From a virus (Duplodnaviria > Caudoviricetes): a stretch of DNA of 24,960 bases. The stretch spans positions 1-24,960 of the IMG/VR virus record IMGVR_UViG_3300025387_000068; one strand, written 5' to 3'. The notes beneath the pieces were generated by a model. The model saw nothing but the letters and a program-made list of their open reading frames with translations, searched no databases and was not told the DNA's origin. The position numbers were made by a program, and so were the translations under genes. Shown piece after piece: positions 14,507 through 23,088 of this stretch. Position 1 is the stretch's first letter; each line of letters begins with the position of its first letter.

Positions 14507-14541
14507 AAACCCTGAGTGGTTCAAGCCACAAGGAGAAAAAA

Positions 14542-15519
14542 ATGCCTCAATTTAGCGATGATCTATTTTTGGGTCCAGCCCAAACGTACATGGGCACCGG
14601 CCCAACCAATACCGAAGCAGTGTTTTCTGGCTCGGTAACTGGAACAACCTTAACAATTGCCACACTGCTGTCTGGCGATCCAATTGCCTTGGGTCAATAT
14701 GTCAGCGGTACTGGCATCACTGCTGGCTCGTATGTAACTGCATTTGTGACCGGCACTGGCGGCGCAGGTACTTACACCCTGAGCGCCTCTTCTAGCGCAA
14801 CCGGCACCATCAGCGTGTTTGCTTCTGGCAACGCATTGTTGGGCGATCCAGCCCCAATGGATTTGGGTGTTGGTCCTATGGGTCGTGTTTATTTGTGGGA
14901 CGTCATCCCACAGACTTTGCAAGCCGCAAACATTGCCGCTTCGCAGACCCCAGCCGCCGCAGGCGCATTGACCTTGACCGCAGGTACTTCTGCTAAGTCA
15001 GTGGTTCGCACCGATGGCACAACTGTGATTCAGTTGGATTGCGCTCGTGCTGTGTCGATCACCTTGGCAACTGGCGGTACTCCACGTACCTACACAGTGT
15101 CGGGTTACGACTACTATGGTCAGCCAATGACTGAAAACATCTTGACCGTTGCAAACGCAACCACTCCAGGCAAGAAGGCTTTCTATCAAATCTCCTCTGT
15201 GAGCACCACTGGTGGCGGTTCTGTTGCCGCACTGACCGTGGGTACCACTGACGTGATTGGTCTGCCTGTGCGTGTTGTTGATGCTGGCTACTTGGTTGGC
15301 TTGGGCTGGGCTAACGCCTCCACCCGCGCTACCGGCACTTTCGTGCAAGCCGACACCACCAACCCCGCTACCAGCATCACTGGTGACGTGCGCGGAACTT
15401 TCACCCCTTCGTCTGCAACCGACGGCATCAAACGCCTCGTTGTGACCGTGGGTTGTAACGCAATCATGGTCGGACCCAATGCAACCCGCACTGGTGCTCT
15501 TGGTGTAACCCAAGCCTAA
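14542..15519 (+). CDS. Thr/Gly/Ala-rich virion structural protein (head decoration/fibre-like)
   Basis: AAGGAG RBS, beta-rich composition, directly after the capsid gene. Confidence 0.65.
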   Translation: MPQFSDDLFLGPAQTYMGTGPTNTEAVFSGSVTGTTLTIATLLSGDPIALGQYVSGTGITAGSYVTAFVTGTGGAGTYTLSASSSATGTISVFASGNALLGDPAPMDLGVGPMGRVYLWDVIPQTLQAANIAASQTPAAAGALTLTAGTSAKSVVRTDGTTVIQLDCARAVSITLATGGTPRTYTVSGYDYYGQPMTENILTVANATTPGKKAFYQISSVSTTGGGSVAALTVGTTDVIGLPVRVVDAGYLVGLGWANASTRATGTFVQADTTNPATSITGDVRGTFTPSSATDGIKRLVVTVGCNAIMVGPNATRTGALGVTQA

Positions 15520-15530
15520 AGGAGACTTAA

Positions 15531-16970
15531 ATGTCCAGCTTTAAACCAATGGTCAAAATGATGACCGACGAGCCTTCAGTTATTCTGAAGCTCAAAAAAG
15601 GCGGCAAAGTACACCACAAACATGAAAAGCATGAAGAGCATGGTCACAAGTCCATGCACCATGCTCATGGTGGCTCTATGCACGGTGCTCATGAGGCTTT
15701 TGAAGCCGAGCACGGTCATTCCCCTAAGAAGCCTTCGATGGCAGAGCGTCGTCGCGCAATGAACCCCAACCAATACAAAAAGGGTGGGAAAGTTGAGCAC
15801 AAGGCTTTAGGTGGTGCAATGCCTATGGCAGCTCCTATGGCTCCTATGGCACGTACTGCAGTTGCAGGCATGGCTCCCGCGGCTCGTATGGCTCGTGCGG
15901 CTATGGTGCGCAAGGCTTTGACCGGCATGAAAAAAGGCGGTCACGCTGGCATGGAAAAGCACATCGAGAAGTTGGAGAAAGAACTCCATCATCACGAGTC
16001 TTTGGACATGGCACATGCTCACCATAAAAAGCATGGCGGCAAGATGCATCACAAGGCTTCTGGCGGCGAGATCGATCGCGCAGAAACCAAGACGACCATC
16101 GAAAAAGGTGCGAAGAAGTTTGAGCACACTAAGGTGGACGACGGTGAGCACCATGACAAGCACCATGGCACTAAAGGCATCAAGGACGGCGCACCCGCAG
16201 GCTACAAGCACGGCGGACACGCTCACAAGAAGCACCACAAAGCCACTGGCGGCGCAATCCCTGCTGACACTGATGAGAAGGTCAACAAGGGCAAGATCAA
16301 GATGCACGGCACCATTGAGGGCAATGAGCACGACTACGTGAACACCGAGATGCACGAAGCCAAGCGTGATAAAGCGCACGGCACTAAAGGCATCAAGGAA
16401 CAAAACGCTGGCGGCTTCAAGCATGGTGGAAAGATTCACCACAAGGCTCACGGTGGCAAGACTCCTGGCATCGGTCGTGCGATTGAGCATGATGGCGACT
16501 GGGAAAACCGTCCCGCTGATGGCACTCCAAAGGGCAAAGTAAACGGCACCACTGGTGGCGTGCGCGAGTCCAATGCTGGTGGCTATAAGCATGGAGGTCA
16601 TGCCGCAAAAAAGCACTACGCCACGGGCGGTAATGTCGTAGACGACGGGAAAGCTGTAAAGATGCCCCGTCACTTCGTCAGCCGTCCCGTGGCTAACAGC
16701 CTGCAATCTGGAACCTTCAAAAAAGGCGGTAATGTCAAGAAGTTTGAAACCGGCGGCTCTCCTAATGACAAGTACATTGTCAAGAATCCGGAGAAAGTTG
16801 CCGATAAAGCTAACCGCGATATTGAAGAAGCCATGAATCCACTGAGTATGGCAAAAGAACTTTATGGCAAAGCCAAGAATTTCTTTTCGCCATCGGCTGG
16901 GAGCGTCACTAAGACTGAGAAATCAGTGACGGTGGCCCCACGCAAGCGTGGCGGTTCGGCAAAGTGCTAA
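15531..16970 (+). CDS. His/Lys/Gly-rich low-complexity protein with ~16 xxxGG motifs (putative internal head protein)
   Basis: 479 aa with AAGGAG RBS and repeated YKHGG / KAxGG / FKKGG motifs. Contains the exact 20-bp repeat GGCACTAAAGGCATCAAGGA at 16167-16186 and 16380-16399. Confidence 0.8.
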   Translation: MSSFKPMVKMMTDEPSVILKLKKGGKVHHKHEKHEEHGHKSMHHAHGGSMHGAHEAFEAEHGHSPKKPSMAERRRAMNPNQYKKGGKVEHKALGGAMPMAAPMAPMARTAVAGMAPAARMARAAMVRKALTGMKKGGHAGMEKHIEKLEKELHHHESLDMAHAHHKKHGGKMHHKASGGEIDRAETKTTIEKGAKKFEHTKVDDGEHHDKHHGTKGIKDGAPAGYKHGGHAHKKHHKATGGAIPADTDEKVNKGKIKMHGTIEGNEHDYVNTEMHEAKRDKAHGTKGIKEQNAGGFKHGGKIHHKAHGGKTPGIGRAIEHDGDWENRPADGTPKGKVNGTTGGVRESNAGGYKHGGHAAKKHYATGGNVVDDGKAVKMPRHFVSRPVANSLQSGTFKKGGNVKKFETGGSPNDKYIVKNPEKVADKANRDIEEAMNPLSMAKELYGKAKNFFSPSAGSVTKTEKSVTVAPRKRGGSAKC

Positions 16971-16973
16971 AAC

Positions 16974-17001
16974 AAGGTAGGGGCTCCGGTCCCTGCTTTT
17001 T
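16974..17001 (+). terminator. Rho-independent terminator
   Basis: GTAGGGGC-TCCG-GTCCCTGC stem-loop (with G-U pairs) followed by TTTTT. Confidence 0.7.
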
Positions 17002-17013
17002 AAAGGATAAATC

Positions 17014-17793
17014 ATGAGTAACGGAATCGTTTCATCAGTCACGCGTATGGGCGCGTATGAGCCATTTGACCTGCAAGTTGCTCGTGGTCAAATTTTTGGG
17101 CATAGTCCCGTCGCTATTTTTGGTTATAGCGCAGCTATCGGTAGTACTGCCCTTGGACCAGTTTGGGAAGGTCAAACCCAATCCGGCGGTCTTTATACAT
17201 ACCCCAGTTCTGCTGTTGTGATGTCAATCGTCAGCGACAGCACATCAGATACATCTGCAAAATCCGTAACCATCAATGGCTTGGATTCCGGCTACAACAT
17301 GCAATCGGAAACAGTTGCATTGAACGGAACAACCACGGTTACATCAACCAAGTCATATCTGCGCATCAATAGCGTAGCAATGTCTAATGCATTGAACACT
17401 GGCAACATCACCATCTCCAATGGTGGGACAACATATGCCAAGATCAACGCAGGCATTGGGACGACTCAGATGTCGATCTTCACTGTACCTGCAGGCTATA
17501 CGTTTTTCTTGACCTACATTCAAGCAGACGCAAGCGTTGGGTTTACCTCAAGCAACTACATGCTATTTGCTGAGTACAACAAGTTCAACACTACTGGTGC
17601 AACCACATACGCAGGTCAATCGACTTTTGTTCAGGCTTACAACCAACCGTTCCAAGTTCCGATCCCTCACGCTGAAAAGACTGACATTCAGTACTTGGTG
17701 AAATCAAACTCTGGCGGACCATTTACTGCTGACATTTTTGCTGGCGGCTACTTGATTCAGAACACCGTTAACGTAACGCAACCAGGACAATAA
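17014..17793 (+). CDS. Putative virion structural protein
   Basis: 259 aa, Ser/Thr/Gly-rich beta composition, AAGGA RBS. Confidence 0.65.
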   Translation: MSNGIVSSVTRMGAYEPFDLQVARGQIFGHSPVAIFGYSAAIGSTALGPVWEGQTQSGGLYTYPSSAVVMSIVSDSTSDTSAKSVTINGLDSGYNMQSETVALNGTTTVTSTKSYLRINSVAMSNALNTGNITISNGGTTYAKINAGIGTTQMSIFTVPAGYTFFLTYIQADASVGFTSSNYMLFAEYNKFNTTGATTYAGQSTFVQAYNQPFQVPIPHAEKTDIQYLVKSNSGGPFTADIFAGGYLIQNTVNVTQPGQ

Positions 17794-17795
17794 TC

Positions 17796-17954
17796 ATGCC
17801 TTTGATCAAATCAAAATCTGAAAAAGCCTTCAAGAAAAACATTGCAACTGAAGTGAAAGCTGGAAAGCCAGTCAAGCAAGCAGTTGCAATTGCGTACAGC
17901 ACCAAACGCGCCGCACCCAAAAAGATGTGCGGTGGCGGTAAATCGGGTTGGTAA
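17796..17954 (+). CDS. Small basic protein (52 aa) with KQAVAIAYS motif
   Basis: Manual translation gives [52 protein letters not shown]. It fills the gap exactly. Not in the ORF track. Confidence 0.8.
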   Translation: MPLIKSKSEKAFKKNIATEVKAGKPVKQAVAIAYSTKRAAPKKMCGGGKSGW

Positions 17955-17955
17955 C

Positions 17956-18351
17956 ATGACTAAAAGGGGGCTTTATGCCAATATCAATGCAAAGCGTGAG
18001 CGCATCGCTAAAGGCTCTGGTGAGCACATGCGTAAGCCTGGGTCAAAAGGTGCTCCAACGGCTGAAGCCTTCAAAGAGTCAGCCAAAACAGCCCGAATGA
18101 AAGAAGGCGGTCCGAGCCTTGCAGTTGGTCGTGGAGAAAAGTTGCCCGAGTCTCGTGGCGCTGGTCTTACTGCCAAAGGTCGGGCAAAATACAACCGTGA
18201 AACTGGATCGCATTTGAAGGCTCCACAGCCTCAAGGCGGCGCAAGGAAAGATTCTTTCTGTGCACGTATGTCCGGTGTTGTAGAACATTCAAAAGGGGAC
18301 GCTCCACGCGCCAAAGCATCTTTGAAGCGTTGGAACTGCCCTGGTTGGTAG
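17956..18351 (+). CDS. Basic two-module protein (GLYANINAKR module plus GLTAKGR...SFCARM...RWNC module)
   Basis: ATG 17956 lies one base after the previous stop and is preferred over TTG 17884, which would overlap the 52-aa gene. Confidence 0.75.
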   Translation: MTKRGLYANINAKRERIAKGSGEHMRKPGSKGAPTAEAFKESAKTARMKEGGPSLAVGRGEKLPESRGAGLTAKGRAKYNRETGSHLKAPQPQGGARKDSFCARMSGVVEHSKGDAPRAKASLKRWNCPGW

Positions 18352-18361
18352 AGGATAAAAA

Positions 18362-19432
18362 ATGGCTTATAGCGGAACGGTTGGAACTACGGTTGTTAGC
18401 ACGCAAAAATTCATCGACCAAGGCGCTCGTATGTCGGGCAAATTGGCTGAAGAATTGACCGTGGAGCAAGTTCAATCTTCCAAACAAGCCCTCTTCTTTA
18501 TCCTGTCCAATTTGATCAACCAAGGGATCAACTATTGGGCTATCGACAAGAAGGTTTACGGCATGAATGCCGACCAATTCGAGTATTTACTACCCGTGGG
18601 TGGTAATGACGTTTTAAATGCCTTATATCGCCGTTTAAATCGTCCTACGCCTGCTCCTGGTGGTGCTTACTTCTCGTCTAGCGGCGTTACCGGACTGGCT
18701 TTTGACAACAATGTGTTGACCTCCGATGCTCAGACAGCCCCAAATGGCTACATCGGCATCAATTACGGTCCAAATAACCCAATCTATGCCGGCTCAATTG
18801 GCATCTTGCCTGCCACTTCTGGCTTGTTCCACATCCTTTTAGAGTGGTCAAACGATGGAGTGACGTGGAATTTGCTGGAAGACACCGGAGTTACCACTTG
18901 GGTGAATGGTCAATGGCTTTGGTACGACATTGATCCAGGCGTTACGTGTCAGTATTACCGCATGCGTGAGACAAGTGGCGGCACATTGAACGTTGCCGAG
19001 TTCTTTGTTGGCAATAACTCGACTGAAATTACCATGGCTCGCTTGAACCGTGATGACTACACGAACCTGCCGAACAAAAACTTCACCGCAAACCAGCCAT
19101 TTCAGTTTTGGCTGAACCGCACGATCCCACAAGCAAAGATTACGCTGTGGCCAACACCTTCCGATCCGTTTGTTCAGATGGTTGTGTGGTACTCACGCCA
19201 GATCATGGACGTGGGAGACCTGTCCGGTGAGCTAGAGATACCTCAATACGCCTATCAGTCAATTCAGTGCATGCTGGCTCACCAGATGAGCCTGATACTG
19301 CCCGGAGTTGATCTTGCACGCACTCAGTATCTTGAGGGTCAAGCTGATAAATACTTCACAATGATGGAAGCGGAAAACCGTGATAAATCGCCAATCTACT
19401 TTGCACCCAATATCTCTCCGTATACACGCTAA
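18362..19432 (+). CDS. Putative head-tail adaptor/tail tubular protein with inserted discoidin (F5/8C)-like domain
   Basis: Helical N- and C-termini (LFFILSNLINQGINYW, ITLWPTPS, IPQYAYQSIQCMLAHQM) flank AFDNN...LEWSNDGVTW...YYRMR...VAEF, a discoidin-type pattern. Confidence 0.6.
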   Translation: MAYSGTVGTTVVSTQKFIDQGARMSGKLAEELTVEQVQSSKQALFFILSNLINQGINYWAIDKKVYGMNADQFEYLLPVGGNDVLNALYRRLNRPTPAPGGAYFSSSGVTGLAFDNNVLTSDAQTAPNGYIGINYGPNNPIYAGSIGILPATSGLFHILLEWSNDGVTWNLLEDTGVTTWVNGQWLWYDIDPGVTCQYYRMRETSGGTLNVAEFFVGNNSTEITMARLNRDDYTNLPNKNFTANQPFQFWLNRTIPQAKITLWPTPSDPFVQMVVWYSRQIMDVGDLSGELEIPQYAYQSIQCMLAHQMSLILPGVDLARTQYLEGQADKYFTMMEAENRDKSPIYFAPNISPYTR

Positions 19433-19477
19433 TGTTTAGAGTACAATATGAACTCCAATCATTACTGTATACAAGAC

Positions 19478-20092
19478 ATGAACTACCAAAAAGTTTATGA
19501 CAATTTGATCTCCAAGTGCCGAGCGCGTCAATCAATTGATGGCTACAAGGAGCGCCACCACATTATTCCAAAGTCATTGGGTGGCTCAAACGATCCATCA
19601 AATCTTGTTGACTTGACAGCCAGAGAGCATTTTGTTGCTCACTTTCTTTTGGCAAAGTTGCACGGCGGGAATCAATGGTCGTCCATCAAACGCATGCGCG
19701 GTAATGATGATTTTTACATCAACTCTAGGTTGTACGAGGTGGCACGTCGAGAGGTTGCAAAAGCAACCAGCTTGCGTTTTAAGGGTGTTTCCAAGTCAGA
19801 AGAGACACGGGCGAAGATGTCTGCTGCCGCACGAAAACATCATGGGACGGACTTGAAGCCTGTAAAAATCAAACGTGGCGAAGAAGGTTATGTAAGCCCC
19901 ATTAAAGGCGTGCCTCGACCAACTCCTTGGCGCATTGGTGCAATACCAGCCAACAAAGGCGTTCCTGCTTCTGAAGAAACACGAGCAAAATTGTCGGCCA
20001 AGAAAAAAGGCGTCAAGCAAACTCCTGAACAAATTGCCAAGCGTGTTGCCGCTCGTCGTGCTACTCTGGCTGCACAGGGGAGAACCGTTTAA
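19478..20092 (+). CDS. Free-standing HNH homing endonuclease with NUMOD3-like DNA-binding repeats
   Basis: ERHHIIPKSLGGSNDPSNLVDLTAREHFVAHFLL (HNH) followed by KSEETRAKMS and NKGVPASEETRAKLS (NUMOD3-like). The start may be 19478 or 19448. Confidence 0.9.
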   Translation: MNYQKVYDNLISKCRARQSIDGYKERHHIIPKSLGGSNDPSNLVDLTAREHFVAHFLLAKLHGGNQWSSIKRMRGNDDFYINSRLYEVARREVAKATSLRFKGVSKSEETRAKMSAAARKHHGTDLKPVKIKRGEEGYVSPIKGVPRPTPWRIGAIPANKGVPASEETRAKLSAKKKGVKQTPEQIAKRVAARRATLAAQGRTV

Positions 20093-20439
20093 TGCCACGC
20101 TTTCTTAATACTGAAGGCAACGCAGTAATAGCAATTTTCATTTGCGATAGATGCAAGATGAAGAGACCTATCATTGAGGCTATGCCAGATAGCAATTTTC
20201 CCGGCCTCAAAGTATGCCAGCAAGGTTGCGCCGATCAAAAAGACCCCTATCGCTTGCCTGCCCGTAAGACAGAACGCATCACTTTGCAGTATCCTCGCCC
20301 AGATGTCAGCGTGGCAGTGGAGCCATACGATATTGTGACCACGCCTTATGGTGGCGAGGTATTGAGTACAGAACAAGCTCCGAGTGTGCCGACCAATGAT
20401 GGCAACAACAGCACAATCAAAACACAGCCGAGTCCTTGA
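20092..20439 (+). CDS. Hypothetical tail-module protein with Cys motifs (CDRC...CQQGC)
   Basis: 115 aa, TAATG-coupled to the HNH gene and abutting the next gene. Confidence 0.75.
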   Translation: MPRFLNTEGNAVIAIFICDRCKMKRPIIEAMPDSNFPGLKVCQQGCADQKDPYRLPARKTERITLQYPRPDVSVAVEPYDIVTTPYGGEVLSTEQAPSVPTNDGNNSTIKTQPSP

Positions 20440-23079
20440 ATGTCATCACAAGTCACGATTACTGAACTACCACAGGCTCTGGCATTAGCAGGGACTGAGG
20501 CTGTCCCCATCGTACAAAACGGGGTTACGGTTCAGACCACCACAGGTGCAATTGCAGGCGCTGGTGCTCTGAATTACCCGTTTGTGACGTTTGGATCAAC
20601 CGCGGGACTGACTCAAGCTCGTCAATTAACGGTTGGTAACGGCTTATCGTTCACTGATGGCGGCGCAGGAGGCGCGCTTCAGATCAATTTGACGGGTGCG
20701 GCTCAGTCTTTAAATAGTTCCAGCACCGGAATACAGGTCAAAACAAACGCAAATACGCTCACAGGGCGCACTTTTGGCGTCGGGACAGGGCTGAGTATCA
20801 CCAACGCCGATGGAGTGGCTGGAAACCCCAATATAAGCCTTGGAACGTTCCTTCAGAACCTCGTCTCCTTGACCGGAACAGGCATCTTAGCCCTCCAATC
20901 TGGCTCTCCAGCGAAAATTGTATTACAAGGTGTTACTAATCAGATTAGTATTGCCAATGGTGATGGGTCATCAAATCCGATCATTTCGCTGGCTACAAAC
21001 CCCATAGTTCCTGGCACTGGAAGCATCACCATTCCGGTCGGAACGACTGTTCAAAGGGTGGGTTCTGCCGGTGCTTTGCGCTACAACACGTCGCTTCAGC
21101 AGTTTGAAGGCTACACCAATACAGGTTGGAACCAGTTCTCATTGACGGGCGGAGTGACATCGTTTAGCGCGGGCACAACGGGATTTACACCAAACACAGA
21201 CACCACCGGCGCCGTAACCCTTGGAGGCGTTTTGAATGTCTCTAGCGGCGGTACTGGGGTCTCCACCTTGACCGGATACGTCAAAGGTAATGGCACATCA
21301 GCATTCACTGCTTCGGCAACGGTTCCAACGACTGACTTGAGCGGCACGGTGACTAATGCTCAGTTAGCCAATAGCGCAATCACGATCAATGGATCGTCTG
21401 TCAGTTTGGGTGGCTCGATTACCGTCACAGCCACGGCCACCAACGCCTTAACCATAGGCACTGGCCTGACGGGCACGAGCTATAACGGCTCTGCCCCCGT
21501 CACCATCGCTATTGATTCGACAGTTGCGACTCTGACTGGATCGCAGACGCTGACCAACAAAACGATCAGTGGCTCGTCAAACACATTGAGCAACATTGGC
21601 AACGCAAGCCTGACCAACTCGTCAGTGACGTATAACGGCGTTGCTGTGGCTTTGGGTGCATCGGGAACAATTACCGCTGTAAACCCCAATGCTTTGACGA
21701 TTGGCACTGGATTGAGCGGAACCAGCTACACGGGTGCATCGGCTGTAACGATTGCGATTGACTCGACTGTAGCCACGCTAACAGGTTCTCAGACACTGAC
21801 AAATAAGTCAATGTCGGGGTCAAGTAATACATTCACCAACATTCCCAACTCGGCACTGACAAACTCGTCGGTGACTGTTGGCACGACCTCAATTGCCCTT
21901 GGCGCATCCAGTTTGACGCTTGGTGGCTTAACGTCGGTGGCGGTTACGCAAGACCCAACGCAAGCATTGCAGTTGACTACCAAGCAGTACGTTGATGCGA
22001 TTGCCTCAAACGTCAACTACCATGCGGCTTGTTCATACGCAACAACCGCCGATCTGGGCACGGTGACTTACAACAACGGCACATCCGGTGTTGGCGCAAC
22101 AATTACCAATGCGGGAACTCAAGTCGCTTTGACAATTGATGGGCACACATTCACCTCAACGGACGCATCTAATGCCGTTCGTGTCTTGGTTAAGAATGAG
22201 TCAAACGGCGCATACAACGGCATCTACACGGTCACCAATCAAGGCTCTGCATCCACCAACTGGGTGCTGACTAGAGCAACCGACTACGACCAAACAGGTA
22301 CCGGACAGAATGAAATCGCCCCCGGCGACACGACGTTCATTTTGAATGGAACGATCAACGCCAACACTCAATGGGTTCAAACGACCCCACTGCCAATTAC
22401 GATTGGCACAACGTCGATCACCTTCATTCAAATTGGCGGCCCCGGCGCTTATACCGCAGGCACCGGACTGACCCTGACTGGGACACAGTTTAGCATCACC
22501 AACACCACGGTGACTGCTGGCGCTTATGGCTCGGCTACACAGGTGGGAACCTTCACCGTCAATGCTCAAGGTCAGTTGACCCTTGCAGGAAACACCACGG
22601 TAACTCCAGCGGTCGGATCGATCACTGGCTTGGGTACTGGCGTGGCGACAGCCCTGGCGGTGAACGTAGGCTCTGCAGGCGCTTTTGTGACTTACAACGG
22701 CGCATTAGGCGCGCCTTCAAGCGGCACATTGACCAACGCAACTGGGTTGCCTTTGACCACCGGCGTGACTGGAACTCTTCCGGCTTCAAACGGTGGTACT
22801 GGTGTTGCAACCTTGACGGGTATTGCTTACGGTAACGGCACCAGTGCGTTCACAGCGGCGACAGCGGCTCAAGTGGTTTCGGTGATCGGAACTACAGCGG
22901 TCACGAACGCAACAAACGCCGTTAACACCGGCATCACAGCCGCAACGACAGGCGCAACAAATTACTTGACATTTGTCACAGCGACTACCGGAAATCTTCC
23001 GCAGTTGGTAAACTCGGCAATAACCTGCAACGCAGCAAATGGCACCATCACAGGTGGCATTGCAGGCGGCGCATTCTAA
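20440..23079 (+). CDS. Tail fibre-like protein, Thr/Gly/Ser-rich with internal repeats
   Basis: 879 aa. Contains LRYNTSLQQFEGY, TTKQYVD, RVLVKNE...NGIYTV...WVLTRATD and repeated GGTG modules typical of fibre shafts. Confidence 0.8.
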   Translation: MSSQVTITELPQALALAGTEAVPIVQNGVTVQTTTGAIAGAGALNYPFVTFGSTAGLTQARQLTVGNGLSFTDGGAGGALQINLTGAAQSLNSSSTGIQVKTNANTLTGRTFGVGTGLSITNADGVAGNPNISLGTFLQNLVSLTGTGILALQSGSPAKIVLQGVTNQISIANGDGSSNPIISLATNPIVPGTGSITIPVGTTVQRVGSAGALRYNTSLQQFEGYTNTGWNQFSLTGGVTSFSAGTTGFTPNTDTTGAVTLGGVLNVSSGGTGVSTLTGYVKGNGTSAFTASATVPTTDLSGTVTNAQLANSAITINGSSVSLGGSITVTATATNALTIGTGLTGTSYNGSAPVTIAIDSTVATLTGSQTLTNKTISGSSNTLSNIGNASLTNSSVTYNGVAVALGASGTITAVNPNALTIGTGLSGTSYTGASAVTIAIDSTVATLTGSQTLTNKSMSGSSNTFTNIPNSALTNSSVTVGTTSIALGASSLTLGGLTSVAVTQDPTQALQLTTKQYVDAIASNVNYHAACSYATTADLGTVTYNNGTSGVGATITNAGTQVALTIDGHTFTSTDASNAVRVLVKNESNGAYNGIYTVTNQGSASTNWVLTRATDYDQTGTGQNEIAPGDTTFILNGTINANTQWVQTTPLPITIGTTSITFIQIGGPGAYTAGTGLTLTGTQFSITNTTVTAGAYGSATQVGTFTVNAQGQLTLAGNTTVTPAVGSITGLGTGVATALAVNVGSAGAFVTYNGALGAPSSGTLTNATGLPLTTGVTGTLPASNGGTGVATLTGIAYGNGTSAFTAATAAQVVSVIGTTAVTNATNAVNTGITAATTGATNYLTFVTATTGNLPQLVNSAITCNAANGTITGGIAGGAF
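21364..21920 (+). repeat. ~2.3 tandem copies of a 246-bp (82-aa) degenerate coding repeat
   Basis: NALTIGTGL(T/S)GTSY...VTIAIDSTVATLTGSQTLTNK..SGSSNT starts at 21442 and again at 21688. Confidence 0.85.
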
Positions 23080-23088
23080 GGAAAAAAC

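Noticed and set aside
12919-14524. 229-aa and 200-aa minus-strand ORFs
   Set aside because: Antisense shadows of the codon-biased head genes.
14511-14535. tRNA gene suggested by GGTTCAAGCC
   Set aside because: There is no room or pairing for D-arm, anticodon arm and acceptor stem. Kept only as a leader hairpin.
15807-16706. 299-aa hydrophobic minus-strand ORF resembling a membrane protein
   Set aside because: It is the reverse complement of His/Lys codons (CAC/AAG read as GTG/CTT), which produces artefactual Val/Leu/Met richness.
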